From the IMG/VR virus record IMGVR_UViG_3300045988_114868, positions 1 to 30,147 of that record: a stretch of DNA of 30,147 nucleotides; one strand, written 5' to 3'. Source of the stretch: a virus. The notes under the pieces were generated by a model. That model did not search any database, was not told the DNA's origin, and saw only the letters and a list, made by a program, of their open reading frames with translations. The translations under genes were made by a program, and so were the position numbers. The first letter of the stretch is position 1; every line of letters begins with the position of its first letter. Shown piece after piece: positions 15,487 to 23,943 of this stretch.

Positions 15487-17298
15487 TCAGGCCTTCGGTT
15501 TGATGACGACAGCGGACTTCTCAGCATCCAAGCCACCGCCAGCGTAGATCTCCTGCAGATATTCGTTGGTGTTAGTCTGGAGTGCAAAATTCGTAAACGA
15601 TTCGACGGAAGTGTCGCCGACGAACGCGTAGTGGGAAGCGGCCATGACCACGCCGGACGTCTTCTTGTCGTCGTCCTCGGTCCACCATTCCGGGGTAATG
15701 ATCTGGGATACGCCAAGAGCGCGGGCGAGGGTGTCGTCACCGCCAAGGGCGATGAAGCTGTTACCGTTCGCGTCGGCGGACATGAGCAGGTCGGCTACCG
15801 TGTCCGCATTGCAGACGAGGACCTTGTTGCCCTGGGCTCGAACCATGTGGGAAGCCTTCACGAAGCCCATGAGCGGCGCGTCTTCGGTGAGGGTGTAGGT
15901 GAGGGCGAACTTGTTACCGGCCCATCCGGAGGACCTGTCGGCCGCGTCGGTAGCGACGGAACGGAAGTGGGCCATGTCCTCGTACCCACCGAGCACGACC
16001 TGACGTTCGATGGTCTGAACGATATAGTTCGGCAATTCGGACAGGATGTAGCGGAGCAGTGCGCCCGGCTTCTGCGTGCGACGGATATCGCCCTTGTTCA
16101 GGGTGATGTACTTGTACGTGTAGTCGGCGGTCAGCTCACGCTTGACAAAGGACGGGGTCTGGTCCTTCTTCTTGGTGCCGTAGAAGTCGACGGGATAGCC
16201 GTGTGCACGGGTGTCTTCGGTGAGTCCGAGGATATTGCCGCCGATGGTGAGCCTGTCCATGCCGGTCTTGCGGAATAGGTTCCACAGTCCGGATCCGCGC
16301 GTGTTGAGCGCGTCGCTGATGGTGGTGATGGCTTCGGTCGGGATGAACTTGTCCACGTCGGTCTTGCCTACGCCAAAGGAGGCGGTGTCGGCCATGTTGT
16401 GGGCCACGGTGTCGGCCCATTCCTTATGGAATGCTTCAACGCCCTTATTGTCATTGTCGATGAGGGTGCGTTCGAAGGCGGCCATGGCGTCCGGAGAGTC
16501 TAGCCACGTCTTACGGTCGTGACCGAAGGAAACGATTCCGGACTGTCTGGCCGTATGATTGCTCTTGTTGACAATGACGAGCGGACGCTTGTTTGCGGAC
16601 TGGACCGGTTCTTCCGGAGAGCGGGTCTGCTGTGAGTCGTCCTGCGTAGCGTCGGTCTGAACGTTGACGGCTTCGGTGATATCGTCAACCGCGTCGGACA
16701 TGATGTCGGTGATGGAAGAGGTCAGGGTGGAAGCCTCGTCCGGGGAGAGCTTAAACTCTGCGACGGTACGTGCCAGCTTCTTCATGAGTTCCGGGTCCAT
16801 GTTATCTCCATTTCTTTTGTTGATTGCTGTGAAGGCTGCTCGCTGGTCGGCTCCACGGTAGACCACGCTGATTTCCACCAGTTCGCTGTCGTGGATGATG
16901 CCGTCCTTGCCGGGCCTTTGAGAAAATTCGACGGTGATACTGAAACTGTTGGTCAGGCATCCGTCTGCGGCGAGTTGGCGAACCCGTTCGCCGTTGTCGA
17001 CTTCGCTGAGCTTTGCCTCGGCCATGAGTCCGGCATCGGCCAGCCATAGGCGAGTGATGACGCCTGCCTGGGAGTTGATGCTTGGCTCGTGGTCGATTAG
17101 GAGCGGCAGCGTTAGTCGGTCGGATTCCGTGAGCTCTTCCACGAGTTTCAAACTGCCGTCGACGAGCGGCGCTTTGAGTGTGGTGAGATCCACGGTGAGA
17201 CCGTCGCACATTGGCTTGCCACTGTTGGCGAGGAATGTGAGGGTGCGGCCTTTTGTTTCAACAGCACCGCTGTGTGTGAGACTCTTGCGAATCTTCAA
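15487..17298 (-). CDS. Prohead protease - scaffold-like linker - HK97-fold major capsid fusion protein, 603 aa
   Basis: N-terminal HK97-type protease motifs: LLIDHEPS, LTNSFSITVEF, ELVEISVVYRGADQRAAF. An acidic linker follows, then a ~370-aa capsid-sized C-terminus. TTG start 17298 lies 6 nt after GAAAGGA. Confidence 0.75.
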   Translation of the reverse strand: MKIRKSLTHSGAVETKGRTLTFLANSGKPMCDGLTVDLTTLKAPLVDGSLKLVEELTESDRLTLPLLIDHEPSINSQAGVITRLWLADAGLMAEAKLSEVDNGERVRQLAADGCLTNSFSITVEFSQRPGKDGIIHDSELVEISVVYRGADQRAAFTAINKRNGDNMDPELMKKLARTVAEFKLSPDEASTLTSSITDIMSDAVDDITEAVNVQTDATQDDSQQTRSPEEPVQSANKRPLVIVNKSNHTARQSGIVSFGHDRKTWLDSPDAMAAFERTLIDNDNKGVEAFHKEWADTVAHNMADTASFGVGKTDVDKFIPTEAITTISDALNTRGSGLWNLFRKTGMDRLTIGGNILGLTEDTRAHGYPVDFYGTKKKDQTPSFVKRELTADYTYKYITLNKGDIRRTQKPGALLRYILSELPNYIVQTIERQVVLGGYEDMAHFRSVATDAADRSSGWAGNKFALTYTLTEDAPLMGFVKASHMVRAQGNKVLVCNADTVADLLMSADANGNSFIALGGDDTLARALGVSQIITPEWWTEDDDKKTSGVVMAASHYAFVGDTSVESFTNFALQTNTNEYLQEIYAGGGLDAEKSAVVIKPKA

Positions 17299-17324
17299 GT
17301 CGTATCCTTTCGGATTGGGTGGTG

Positions 17325-17366
17325 GTGCTCGTCAGGTGCGCCGGTGGTCGGCGTCTTGACGAGCAC
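17325..17366. other. Long hairpin in the portal-capsid intergenic gap
   Basis: GTGCTCGTCA ... TGACGAGCAC (10 bp) plus an inner CGCCG/CGGCG stem. A plus-strand TATGATAT box follows at 17367-17374. Confidence 0.5.
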
Positions 17367-17395
17367 TATGATATCACGGGGCCATATGCGGTTTG

Positions 17396-19486
17396 TTATT
17401 CTTCAACTACTTCGTAGTCTTCGTAGCAACGACAGTTCGGATGCGCGTTCGGCGTGATCATGTCTTCGAAGCCGTTCACGTAATCGTGGCCGTTGATGCT
17501 GATGTTCGCATGTTCTGCCATGTAGGTAGAGTCGAGGGGTTTCGTCATGCCTTCCATATGTCGGCAGAAGTCGCATGTGTTTCCGTCGCCGGTGGTGCGC
17601 CATGTTTTCTGCAGGCGGACGCCGAGTGTTTCGCTTATGTGTTTGGCGGAATATAGGCTGCCGAGTCGCTGGCTTTGGACGGTTTCGCATCGTGCGATGA
17701 GTTTCGCATGCTCGTTGCCAAGGTGTGCGAGTTCATCATGCAGGCGTTGCGCCGGCCACTGTTCCGTATCGGCTTTAGCGAGGATGTCGAGCGTCTTGTC
17801 TGTGATGGTCCTGGAGGACGTGGCTGCGATGGTCTTCAGATGGTCGAGGTATGCGTCCTTCACGTTTGTTGGTAGGTCGGTCCAGTCGTAAAGTTTTTGC
17901 CAGCCGGCTGTCGTGTAGGACTGGAGGTCGGCTGCGAGTGGCGTGTCCGGGTGGAGTTCCGTCCATGCGGTGATGACCTGTTCGAGTTTGAGCCCGGTTT
18001 TGCGGGCGTATTCGGCGAGGTGGTTGATGAGGTCGTCTTTTACGTCGTGGATCCATTGCTGCCCGACGGTTTCGAGGTCGTCAGTCAGGCCGTTGCGGGA
18101 GCGGCTGGCGAGGCGAATGACCCGGTTCACGTAGGTGCGTGTGGCGGTTAGAATGTGTGTTTCGTTCGTGGTGTTGTCTGTTTCCCTGGCTGGTTTCGCC
18201 GCTTTTTCGCGTGAGGCGATGGTTGGCGTGGTTGACGTAGTCGGGTGTAGGTTGAGGTGTTTGTATTCTTCGGGTAGGTTAAGTGCTTCTACTGCGCTTT
18301 CGACGGTTGCTCCGAGGTTTACGAGTTGGATGAGTGTGTTAACGCGGATTTGCTGTGTTTCGGCTTGGACTCGTTCGACTTCGGTTTGGGCTGGTAAGGC
18401 GAGGTCGAATGTGATGCCGTAGCCGAGCCCGCCTGTGATGCGGTCGAGTTCGAACTGCCATTTGTCCCATACTGTCATGCAGAGGGGTTTGAGCGTGTTT
18501 TCGATGAAGGCGCGTTCGGCCATTTCGGCGTTGGCGTAGGTTTGGCCGTTGTCGATGCCTCGGATGATGTCGGGGACTGCGAGCGCGTTGGCGAGTCGGT
18601 TATTGACGACGTTGGAAACGGTTTGCAGGTCGAGTGTGTCGTTGGAGTTTTGGAATGGTGTCCAGATGAGTTTGCTGGCCGTGCTTGGCCTGTGTGTGGT
18701 GGGGTCGACTGGGACCATGTTGTAGACGATGCCGTTGTTGTTTCCGGCTCCGCGGAAGGTGTTTTCGAGGCGTGCGCGGTTGCGTTGGAAGTCTTCGGTG
18801 TTTTCGGAGACGATGCCGAGCATGCCTGCCGGGACGGCGTTGTTACCGAAGAAGCCGCGCTCGTAGTCGGCTATCATGTCGTCGACGTTGGCCCATTTTT
18901 TGATTGTCATGGCGGGGCTGATGCCGCGTGTTTGGTCGTTTGGGTGGCGACTGTAGCTTAGCGAGATGGTTTCGTCGCGGGTGAATTCGTATTGGCGTGG
19001 TCCGTTGCCGAGGTCCATGGTTACGCGGTGGTACCAGTCGGAGCGATTGTCGTTGTATACGCGGCTGTTGGCCGGGAGGATGGTGTAGCCGGTGATGTTG
19101 TTCGGGGTGATGTTGCCGCCAGGGCCTTCAGTTGTCCAGACGAGGATGTCGACGTGTGATTGGGTGAGGATGCCTGAGGCGATGAGTTTTAGAAATTCGA
19201 GGCAGCTGTAGGTGTCGTTTGGTGCGTATAGTGCGGTCAGCGCGGCTGGGGCCGGTTCGAGTTTGCGTCCGTCGGTGGTGACTGCGTAGGGGATGACGGT
19301 GCTGAAGCGTTGTGCGATGGCGTTGACGTAGGGGAAGATGTTGTCGTAGATGTCGTGCATGGGGACGGTGTTGCCTCCGAGTGGCTGCCATGCGTTGCCA
19401 CCTGTCGGGGTGGGGGTATTGTGGGGGGCGTCGGGTCGGCCGAAAGCGCTCGTGAAGCCGGCTCGGATGGTGGCAAGTAAGGTCAT
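17396..19486 (-). CDS. Portal protein fused to a MuF / SPP1 gp7-like head morphogenesis domain, 696 aa
   Basis: Portal-sized N-terminal ~420 aa immediately downstream of TerL. C-terminal TCDFCRHMEG...HPNCRC is the MuF-type Cys/His signature. Confidence 0.75.
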   Translation of the reverse strand: MTLLATIRAGFTSAFGRPDAPHNTPTPTGGNAWQPLGGNTVPMHDIYDNIFPYVNAIAQRFSTVIPYAVTTDGRKLEPAPAALTALYAPNDTYSCLEFLKLIASGILTQSHVDILVWTTEGPGGNITPNNITGYTILPANSRVYNDNRSDWYHRVTMDLGNGPRQYEFTRDETISLSYSRHPNDQTRGISPAMTIKKWANVDDMIADYERGFFGNNAVPAGMLGIVSENTEDFQRNRARLENTFRGAGNNNGIVYNMVPVDPTTHRPSTASKLIWTPFQNSNDTLDLQTVSNVVNNRLANALAVPDIIRGIDNGQTYANAEMAERAFIENTLKPLCMTVWDKWQFELDRITGGLGYGITFDLALPAQTEVERVQAETQQIRVNTLIQLVNLGATVESAVEALNLPEEYKHLNLHPTTSTTPTIASREKAAKPARETDNTTNETHILTATRTYVNRVIRLASRSRNGLTDDLETVGQQWIHDVKDDLINHLAEYARKTGLKLEQVITAWTELHPDTPLAADLQSYTTAGWQKLYDWTDLPTNVKDAYLDHLKTIAATSSRTITDKTLDILAKADTEQWPAQRLHDELAHLGNEHAKLIARCETVQSQRLGSLYSAKHISETLGVRLQKTWRTTGDGNTCDFCRHMEGMTKPLDSTYMAEHANISINGHDYVNGFEDMITPNAHPNCRCYEDYEVVEE

Positions 19487-19541
19487 TTTATCCTCGATCT
19501 ACTGGTTAGATTGCGTATTTTTCAGTATATTACTTGTGGGG

Positions 19542-20801
19542 TTAGCAGACCATGACGTCCCATGAGGGGAGCTTCGGTGGTTCATAGCATGCGAGGAGCA
19601 GGCTGTCGGCCAAGTCCGGGCTTCCTAGGTTCATGGTGTCTTTGTAGTCTTGTTTGCTTTCGATTTGGCGTTGGTTGCGGCTGTTTATATGCCATTTGCG
19701 TGTGGTCAGTTCGGTGGTGAGCTTGGCTAGGTCTGGTATTTGCGGGTTGATGCCGAGCTGGGGGAGCATGTTTGCGAAGTCGAACCAGAGTTCGGATGCG
19801 ATATTGGGGTATTGCTGGTCCTTTGGTTTGCCGGCGTAGTTGATGCCGGTGGCTGGCAGTCCCCATGATTTGAGTAGGTCGGTGAGTCCTCCGCCGACTC
19901 CGGTATCGTCGATTCGAATGTCGATCGGCTGGTGTCGTGAGGCGTGGAGCCTGATTCTTTCGGCGGTTTCGACGATGCTTGTGTGTGACCATGATTCAAG
20001 GGTTTCGATCCGGTTACCTCGTTTGATGGTGAGGGCTGTGCGGTCGTTTCCGTATCGTGCGACGTCGACTCCGAAGGTGACGGGACCGTCCGATGGTGTA
20101 CGGTGGAGGGCTTCGTTGATCATGGAGTCGCTGATGAGCTGGTTGTCGGTGTCCGCGTATGGCAGTCCGAGCCAGACGTGCCCGTAGTCGGCTGTTTGTT
20201 TGTCGGCTTCGATCATGTCGAGGACGTCTTGGCTGATGAGGCGGTGGACGTCCTTGTATGTGGTGTGCCAGTGGCATGTCTGGCGTAGGCGTTCTTCGGA
20301 ATCCGTGGTAATGAAGTAGGTCCAGACCGGGTCGTGGCTGGTGAGCGGATTCCATGTGAAGATCAGCGTCGAGTTGGCTTTGCGGATAGTTGGAATGAGT
20401 GTCGTCAGGCTTGTCTGACTGATGGTTTGGGCTTCCTCTATCCAGCAGACATCGATACCTTCGATGCTTTTTATGGACTGAATGTTGTCGTGCAGGCCGC
20501 GAAAGATGAAGCTGCTGCCGTTGACGTGGCCGATGCCGTCACGTCGGGTTTCGAAGCCTTGCAGGCCGAATCTTTCGATGGTGCCGGTGAGGAGCTTGTA
20601 TACGGAGTCGGTGATGGAGTTCTGGAATTCGCGTGCGCAGAGGACAGTGATTGGCTGTACGGAGGCGCGGAGAATAAGGCTTTGCGCTACTGCGGTGCTT
20701 TTGCCTGAGGCTCTGCCTCCGGAATAGCAGTAATAACGATATGGTGGTGTCTCCGTGTGGAGCCACCACCATAGGTCTCGGTAAGGTCTTGCTATTTGCA
20801 T
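19542..20801 (-). CDS. terL: Terminase large subunit (Terminase_3/PBSX type)
   Basis: Walker A-like YSGGRASGKS, Walker B-like IDVCWIEEAQ, nuclease-domain GVDVARYGNDRTAL. Confidence 0.9.
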   Translation of the reverse strand: MQIARPYRDLWWWLHTETPPYRYYCYSGGRASGKSTAVAQSLILRASVQPITVLCAREFQNSITDSVYKLLTGTIERFGLQGFETRRDGIGHVNGSSFIFRGLHDNIQSIKSIEGIDVCWIEEAQTISQTSLTTLIPTIRKANSTLIFTWNPLTSHDPVWTYFITTDSEERLRQTCHWHTTYKDVHRLISQDVLDMIEADKQTADYGHVWLGLPYADTDNQLISDSMINEALHRTPSDGPVTFGVDVARYGNDRTALTIKRGNRIETLESWSHTSIVETAERIRLHASRHQPIDIRIDDTGVGGGLTDLLKSWGLPATGINYAGKPKDQQYPNIASELWFDFANMLPQLGINPQIPDLAKLTTELTTRKWHINSRNQRQIESKQDYKDTMNLGSPDLADSLLLACYEPPKLPSWDVMVC

Positions 20802-20818
20802 GCTTCCAGTTTACGTGT

Positions 20819-21208
20819 TTACTGGTCGCCCTTGCTGTTTTCTGGGTTGTCGTCGAAAACTTCGAGGGTGATGCGCGGCGGCTCGTAGCCGGTGACGTTG
20901 ACGTCGGTGGATTGGCGCGCTTTGCCGTCCAGCCGGTCGATGTAGTCGGATGTTACGTGCGGGTCCTTGTACGCGTTGAGGACGTGCCTGATGGCGATCC
21001 GCTGCACCATCGTCAAGGTCGGGTCTTTTGCTTTTTCGTCGATTTCCGTCATGGTGAGTTTGCTGAATTCGCGCATCCAGCGTGTGGGGCTGGTGTCTTT
21101 TGTCCAGGAGCCTCGGTCTTCTGGCCGTTCCTGGAATCCGCCTTTACCGGTGGGATTAAGGACGCCGCCGGTAATGCGGCCTCGATGATCTCTTGTTACG
21201 TCTGTCAT
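20819..21208 (-). CDS. terS: Terminase small subunit, 129 aa
   Basis: Directly upstream of terL. N-terminal GGVLNPTGKGGFQERPEDRG resembles small-terminase N-termini. Confidence 0.65.
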   Translation of the reverse strand: MTDVTRDHRGRITGGVLNPTGKGGFQERPEDRGSWTKDTSPTRWMREFSKLTMTEIDEKAKDPTLTMVQRIAIRHVLNAYKDPHVTSDYIDRLDGKARQSTDVNVTGYEPPRITLEVFDDNPENSKGDQ

Positions 21209-21221
21209 GTGGCTGATTATA
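21209..21221 (-). promoter_or_regulatory. Perfect TATAAT (21216-21221) 7 nt upstream of the terS ATG; candidate leaderless late promoter without a -35
   Basis: Minus strand reads ggTATAATcagccacATG. The -35 position is GAGAGG. Confidence 0.45.
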
Positions 21222-21229
21222 CCTGTTTA

Positions 21230-21262
21230 TAAGAAAAGCCTCTCCGTATTGTTGGAGAGGCT
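21230..21262 (-). terminator. Intrinsic terminator ending the minus-strand early-left unit, just upstream of terS
   Basis: AGCCTCTCC-N8-GGAGAGGCT followed by TTTTCTT on the minus strand. Confidence 0.7.
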
Positions 21263-21267
21263 TGGGT

Positions 21268-21405
21268 TTAGTTGAGGATGAAGTCGATGAGGAGTTTCAG
21301 GAGTGCGATGCCTCCTCCGGTTACGAGCAGCGTGGTCAGTACGGTGAGGGTGTAGGCGAGGATGCGGCCTAGCCAGTATCCGAACGGATTGTTGTTATCG
21401 TTCAT
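21268..21405 (-). CDS. 45-aa single-pass membrane peptide
   Basis: Product MNDNNNPFGYWLGRILAYTLTVLTTLLVTGGGIALLKLLIDFILN. Below the track cut-off. SD AAGGAA precedes it and minus-strand terminator 21230-21262 follows. Confidence 0.55.
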   Translation of the reverse strand: MNDNNNPFGYWLGRILAYTLTVLTTLLVTGGGIALLKLLIDFILN

Positions 21406-21423
21406 GAGTGGTTTCCTTTCTTT

Positions 21424-21861
21424 TTACCATACGTTGGCGTATGGGTCGTCGTAGGGGTTCTGCTGTGCGGGTGGAGCGTAGTTGGTGGACTGTGGCTGCG
21501 GTTGGGACTGCTGCTGTTTGGCTTTCGGAAGGATCATGGTGATGGTTGCGTAGTTGATGGTGAAGTCGGTGCGTGGCTGGCCGTCGCGGTCGGTGCCTGT
21601 GGACCATTTCAGGTCGCCCTCGACTCGTACTGGTGTGCCTTTGTGCAGTGACTGCATGTAGGTGGTTGCGAGGCGCTGATCGTATTCGAAGATGGTAGCG
21701 AACATCGTGTCGTGGTCGATCCACTGTTGCGTGTTCTTATCTTTATGGCTTCCGTTGGCGGCTACGCGGACGAGGCAGTATGGCGTGCCGTTCTTGGTCT
21801 GCTTCTGTTCCGGTTCGGCGACGAGTCGTGCTTTCGGGAGGATGATATGCGGGTCGTTCAT
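21424..21861 (-). CDS. ssb: Single-stranded DNA-binding protein
   Basis: OB-fold-like N-terminus (ARLVAEPEQKQTKNGTPYCLVRVAAN...VRVEGDLKW), Gln/Pro-rich linker and acidic/aromatic C-terminal tip DDPYANVW. Confidence 0.75.
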   Translation of the reverse strand: MNDPHIILPKARLVAEPEQKQTKNGTPYCLVRVAANGSHKDKNTQQWIDHDTMFATIFEYDQRLATTYMQSLHKGTPVRVEGDLKWSTGTDRDGQPRTDFTINYATITMILPKAKQQQSQPQPQSTNYAPPAQQNPYDDPYANVW

Positions 21862-21884
21862 TTTGGTGTGTCCTTTTCTTTTAA

Positions 21885-22709
21885 TCAGTGGGCGGTTGTT
21901 TCGAGTGCTTTGGTTAAGAGGGTTTCGCCGAGTCGCTTGTGGAGGAGGACCAAGCCTTTGCGGGTGATTTTGACGGTCGGGGCGAACGCGAAGATGTTGC
22001 CGTCCTTATGCCGTCCGTGTGTTCTTGACTCTACCATGGCCAAGTGTCCGGCTTTTACTCGTTCCGAAGTCGCACTCCACGTTCCAGCGTGTCGGTATAT
22101 CCAATCGTGTGAGTTAAGCCATCCCCGCAGTTCTTTTTCGCCGATTGGAGTGCCGGAGTTGGAGAGGAGTTTCGCCGCGTCCCTGATTAGTAGGGTGTCG
22201 GGCACGTTGGTGAAGTCGTCCAATGCCTTCGCTTTCGATTCCAGTTCCTTGACGTGGTTTTCGGCTTCGATTCGCTTGGTTCGTTCCTCTTTCAGGTCGG
22301 TGAGCAGTCTGATGCCGAAATCCGGGTCGGCGAGGATCCGGTTGATGGTGGTTTCGGTGGCGTAGACGCCATGCTTGCGAATGGTTGGCAACACTTCGTG
22401 GGTGACCCAACGTTGGAAGCGTTTGACGAATTCTTTCTGCTCTCCGTCAAGGTATCCGAGCTCGCGGTTGAGAATCGCACGATAGAGCCCTGATTCGGTG
22501 ATGACCGTCATGTTCTGCACGCCACCACGGGGGGTACTCACTTCGTATGTACCTTTTTCGTCGTGGTCAAGGGTACGAGTAAGGTTGGCGGCGTCACGGT
22601 ATCCGAGGATCTTTGCGATGTCGGTTGCGACGAACATTACTTCATCTCCGTCGGCCAAGGCTCTGACCTGATTGCGCTCGAATTCGAACGGCTGGATTCC
22701 GTTGTTCAT
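21885..22709 (-). CDS. Antirepressor-type protein (Bro-N domain plus KilAC/ANT C-terminal domain)
   Basis: N-terminal FEFERNQVRALADGDEVMFVATDIAKILGY (Bro-N pattern). C-terminal LLIRDAAKLL...GWLNSHDWIYR is KilAC-like. Confidence 0.7.
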   Translation of the reverse strand: MNNGIQPFEFERNQVRALADGDEVMFVATDIAKILGYRDAANLTRTLDHDEKGTYEVSTPRGGVQNMTVITESGLYRAILNRELGYLDGEQKEFVKRFQRWVTHEVLPTIRKHGVYATETTINRILADPDFGIRLLTDLKEERTKRIEAENHVKELESKAKALDDFTNVPDTLLIRDAAKLLSNSGTPIGEKELRGWLNSHDWIYRHAGTWSATSERVKAGHLAMVESRTHGRHKDGNIFAFAPTVKITRKGLVLLHKRLGETLLTKALETTAH

Positions 22710-22746
22710 TCTGTCTCCCTTCTGGAGGTTATGTCTTTACGACTGT

Positions 22747-23586
22747 TCAGTAGACGTTGAATTCGATGACCTGCGGGCTTTCAGTAGTGCCGGTCACCTT
22801 GCAATCGCAGGTAAGGTTCTTCATTTTGACTCCGTATATGTTGGTTACGTCCACGGCCACCTTGTAGTACCATGTGTCGTCGTCGACGGGAGTGAGGGGT
22901 TGCAGGACTCCGGTAAAGTTATGCATTTTGAAGCCTGCCGGGTAGAGGTGATTTCCGTACTGCCGGCAGGTGGCGAGCGCGGAGGCTTGGCTTAGTTTCT
23001 GGTCTAGCTTGTCGGCTTGCGCCTGCTTTGCAATGGCTGCGTCTATATTGGCTTTGGTGTCGACGGTGATGTCGATGCTTCCATCGTTGTCCAAGTGTGG
23101 AGTGGCGTCGGTTACGTCCCATTCGATGCCGTTGGCGTCGTCGTCCCGGATGCGCTGTTCGAGGTTGCCTTCGTTGGTGCCGTTTTTGGTGGCGACCGTG
23201 CCTAACAAGTGTTCCTTTTCAAGGATGTTCATTGCTTGCACGGCGTTTTTTCCTTTGATTTCATTGACGACCTGGTTGAGCTTGTCGGTTTTTGCCTTGG
23301 TTTTTGTCTGCTCATTTTCCAAGGTCAATATGATTTTAGTGGCGGTGGATTGTTCGGTGCCGGCTTTTGGTGTCTGTTTGGTCACGGTGCCGCTGAAGAT
23401 TGGGTTGCCGTCCAGGTCTTGCAGTGTTTGATTGTAGTATCCGGCTTTTTGGAGTGTTTGGGTGGCTTCGGAGATTGTTTGGCCGGTGACGTCTGGAACG
23501 GTTTTCGTTCCGTTCCTACTGCAGTAGGCGAGGCCGAGGACGATGAGGATGGCAGCCAGGATGGCGATGCCTTTGTGCCTGTTCAT
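22747..23586 (-). CDS. Membrane-anchored extracytoplasmic protein with PASTA-like domain(s), 279 aa
   Basis: Signal/anchor MNRHKGIAILAAILIVLGLAYC. VPDVTGQTISEATQTLQKAGY...GTVTKQTPKAGTEQSTATKIILTL fits the PASTA pattern. Confidence 0.6.
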   Translation of the reverse strand: MNRHKGIAILAAILIVLGLAYCSRNGTKTVPDVTGQTISEATQTLQKAGYYNQTLQDLDGNPIFSGTVTKQTPKAGTEQSTATKIILTLENEQTKTKAKTDKLNQVVNEIKGKNAVQAMNILEKEHLLGTVATKNGTNEGNLEQRIRDDDANGIEWDVTDATPHLDNDGSIDITVDTKANIDAAIAKQAQADKLDQKLSQASALATCRQYGNHLYPAGFKMHNFTGVLQPLTPVDDDTWYYKVAVDVTNIYGVKMKNLTCDCKVTGTTESPQVIEFNVY

Positions 23587-23616
23587 AAGGTTTCCTTGCC
23601 TTGTGGGTGTTGTGTT

Positions 23617-23790
23617 TTATTTGTTGTTTGGGTTCTGGTCCGGGATTACGTCGGGGTTGAGGAAGTAGCTTCTGCCGACCTTGACTGCGTGGAGTCGTCC
23701 TTCTCGGATGAATCTGCGGACGGTTTGAATGTTGAGCTTCCAGCGCTGGGCGTATTCGGGGACCGTTGCTGTGTAATCTTTAGCGTTCAT
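23617..23790 (-). CDS. 57-aa excisionase/MerR-type HTH DNA-binding protein, probably leaderless
   Basis: TVPEYAQRWKLNIQTVRRFIREGRLHAVKVGRSYFL fits the Xis-family HTH. TTGCAA-N17-TATAAT ends 7 nt before ATG 23790. Confidence 0.65.
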   Translation of the reverse strand: MNAKDYTATVPEYAQRWKLNIQTVRRFIREGRLHAVKVGRSYFLNPDVIPDQNPNNK

Positions 23791-23797
23791 AGATCCC

Positions 23798-23826
23798 ATT
23801 ATATAACGCTTTAATAATGGTTGCAA
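23798..23826 (-). promoter_or_regulatory. Near-consensus promoter TTGCAA-N17-TATAAT, 7 nt upstream of ATG 23790
   Basis: Read on the minus strand: ccggTTGCAAccattattaaagcgttaTATAATgggatctATG. Confidence 0.6.
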
Positions 23827-23856
23827 CCGGAGTGCGTGAAGTCCTGTAGCCCGCTC

Positions 23857-23886
23857 GGCGTGTCGGTTAACAGAGCATGATATCGT
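23857..23886 (+). promoter_or_regulatory. GGCGTGTCG box, 15 nt, extended -10 TGaTATCGT
   Basis: Divergent from the 23798-23826 promoter. Drives 23944-24156. Confidence 0.55.
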
Positions 23887-23943
23887 AAGTATCACAAAAC
23901 AACGCAGGATGTAAAAAATCCTGCATCTAGAAAGGAACCAAAA

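Noticed and set aside
15445-16278. 277-aa plus-strand ORF inside the capsid gene
   Set aside because: Antisense shadow ORF of the protease-capsid fusion. Gly/Val/Asp-rich and without an SD.
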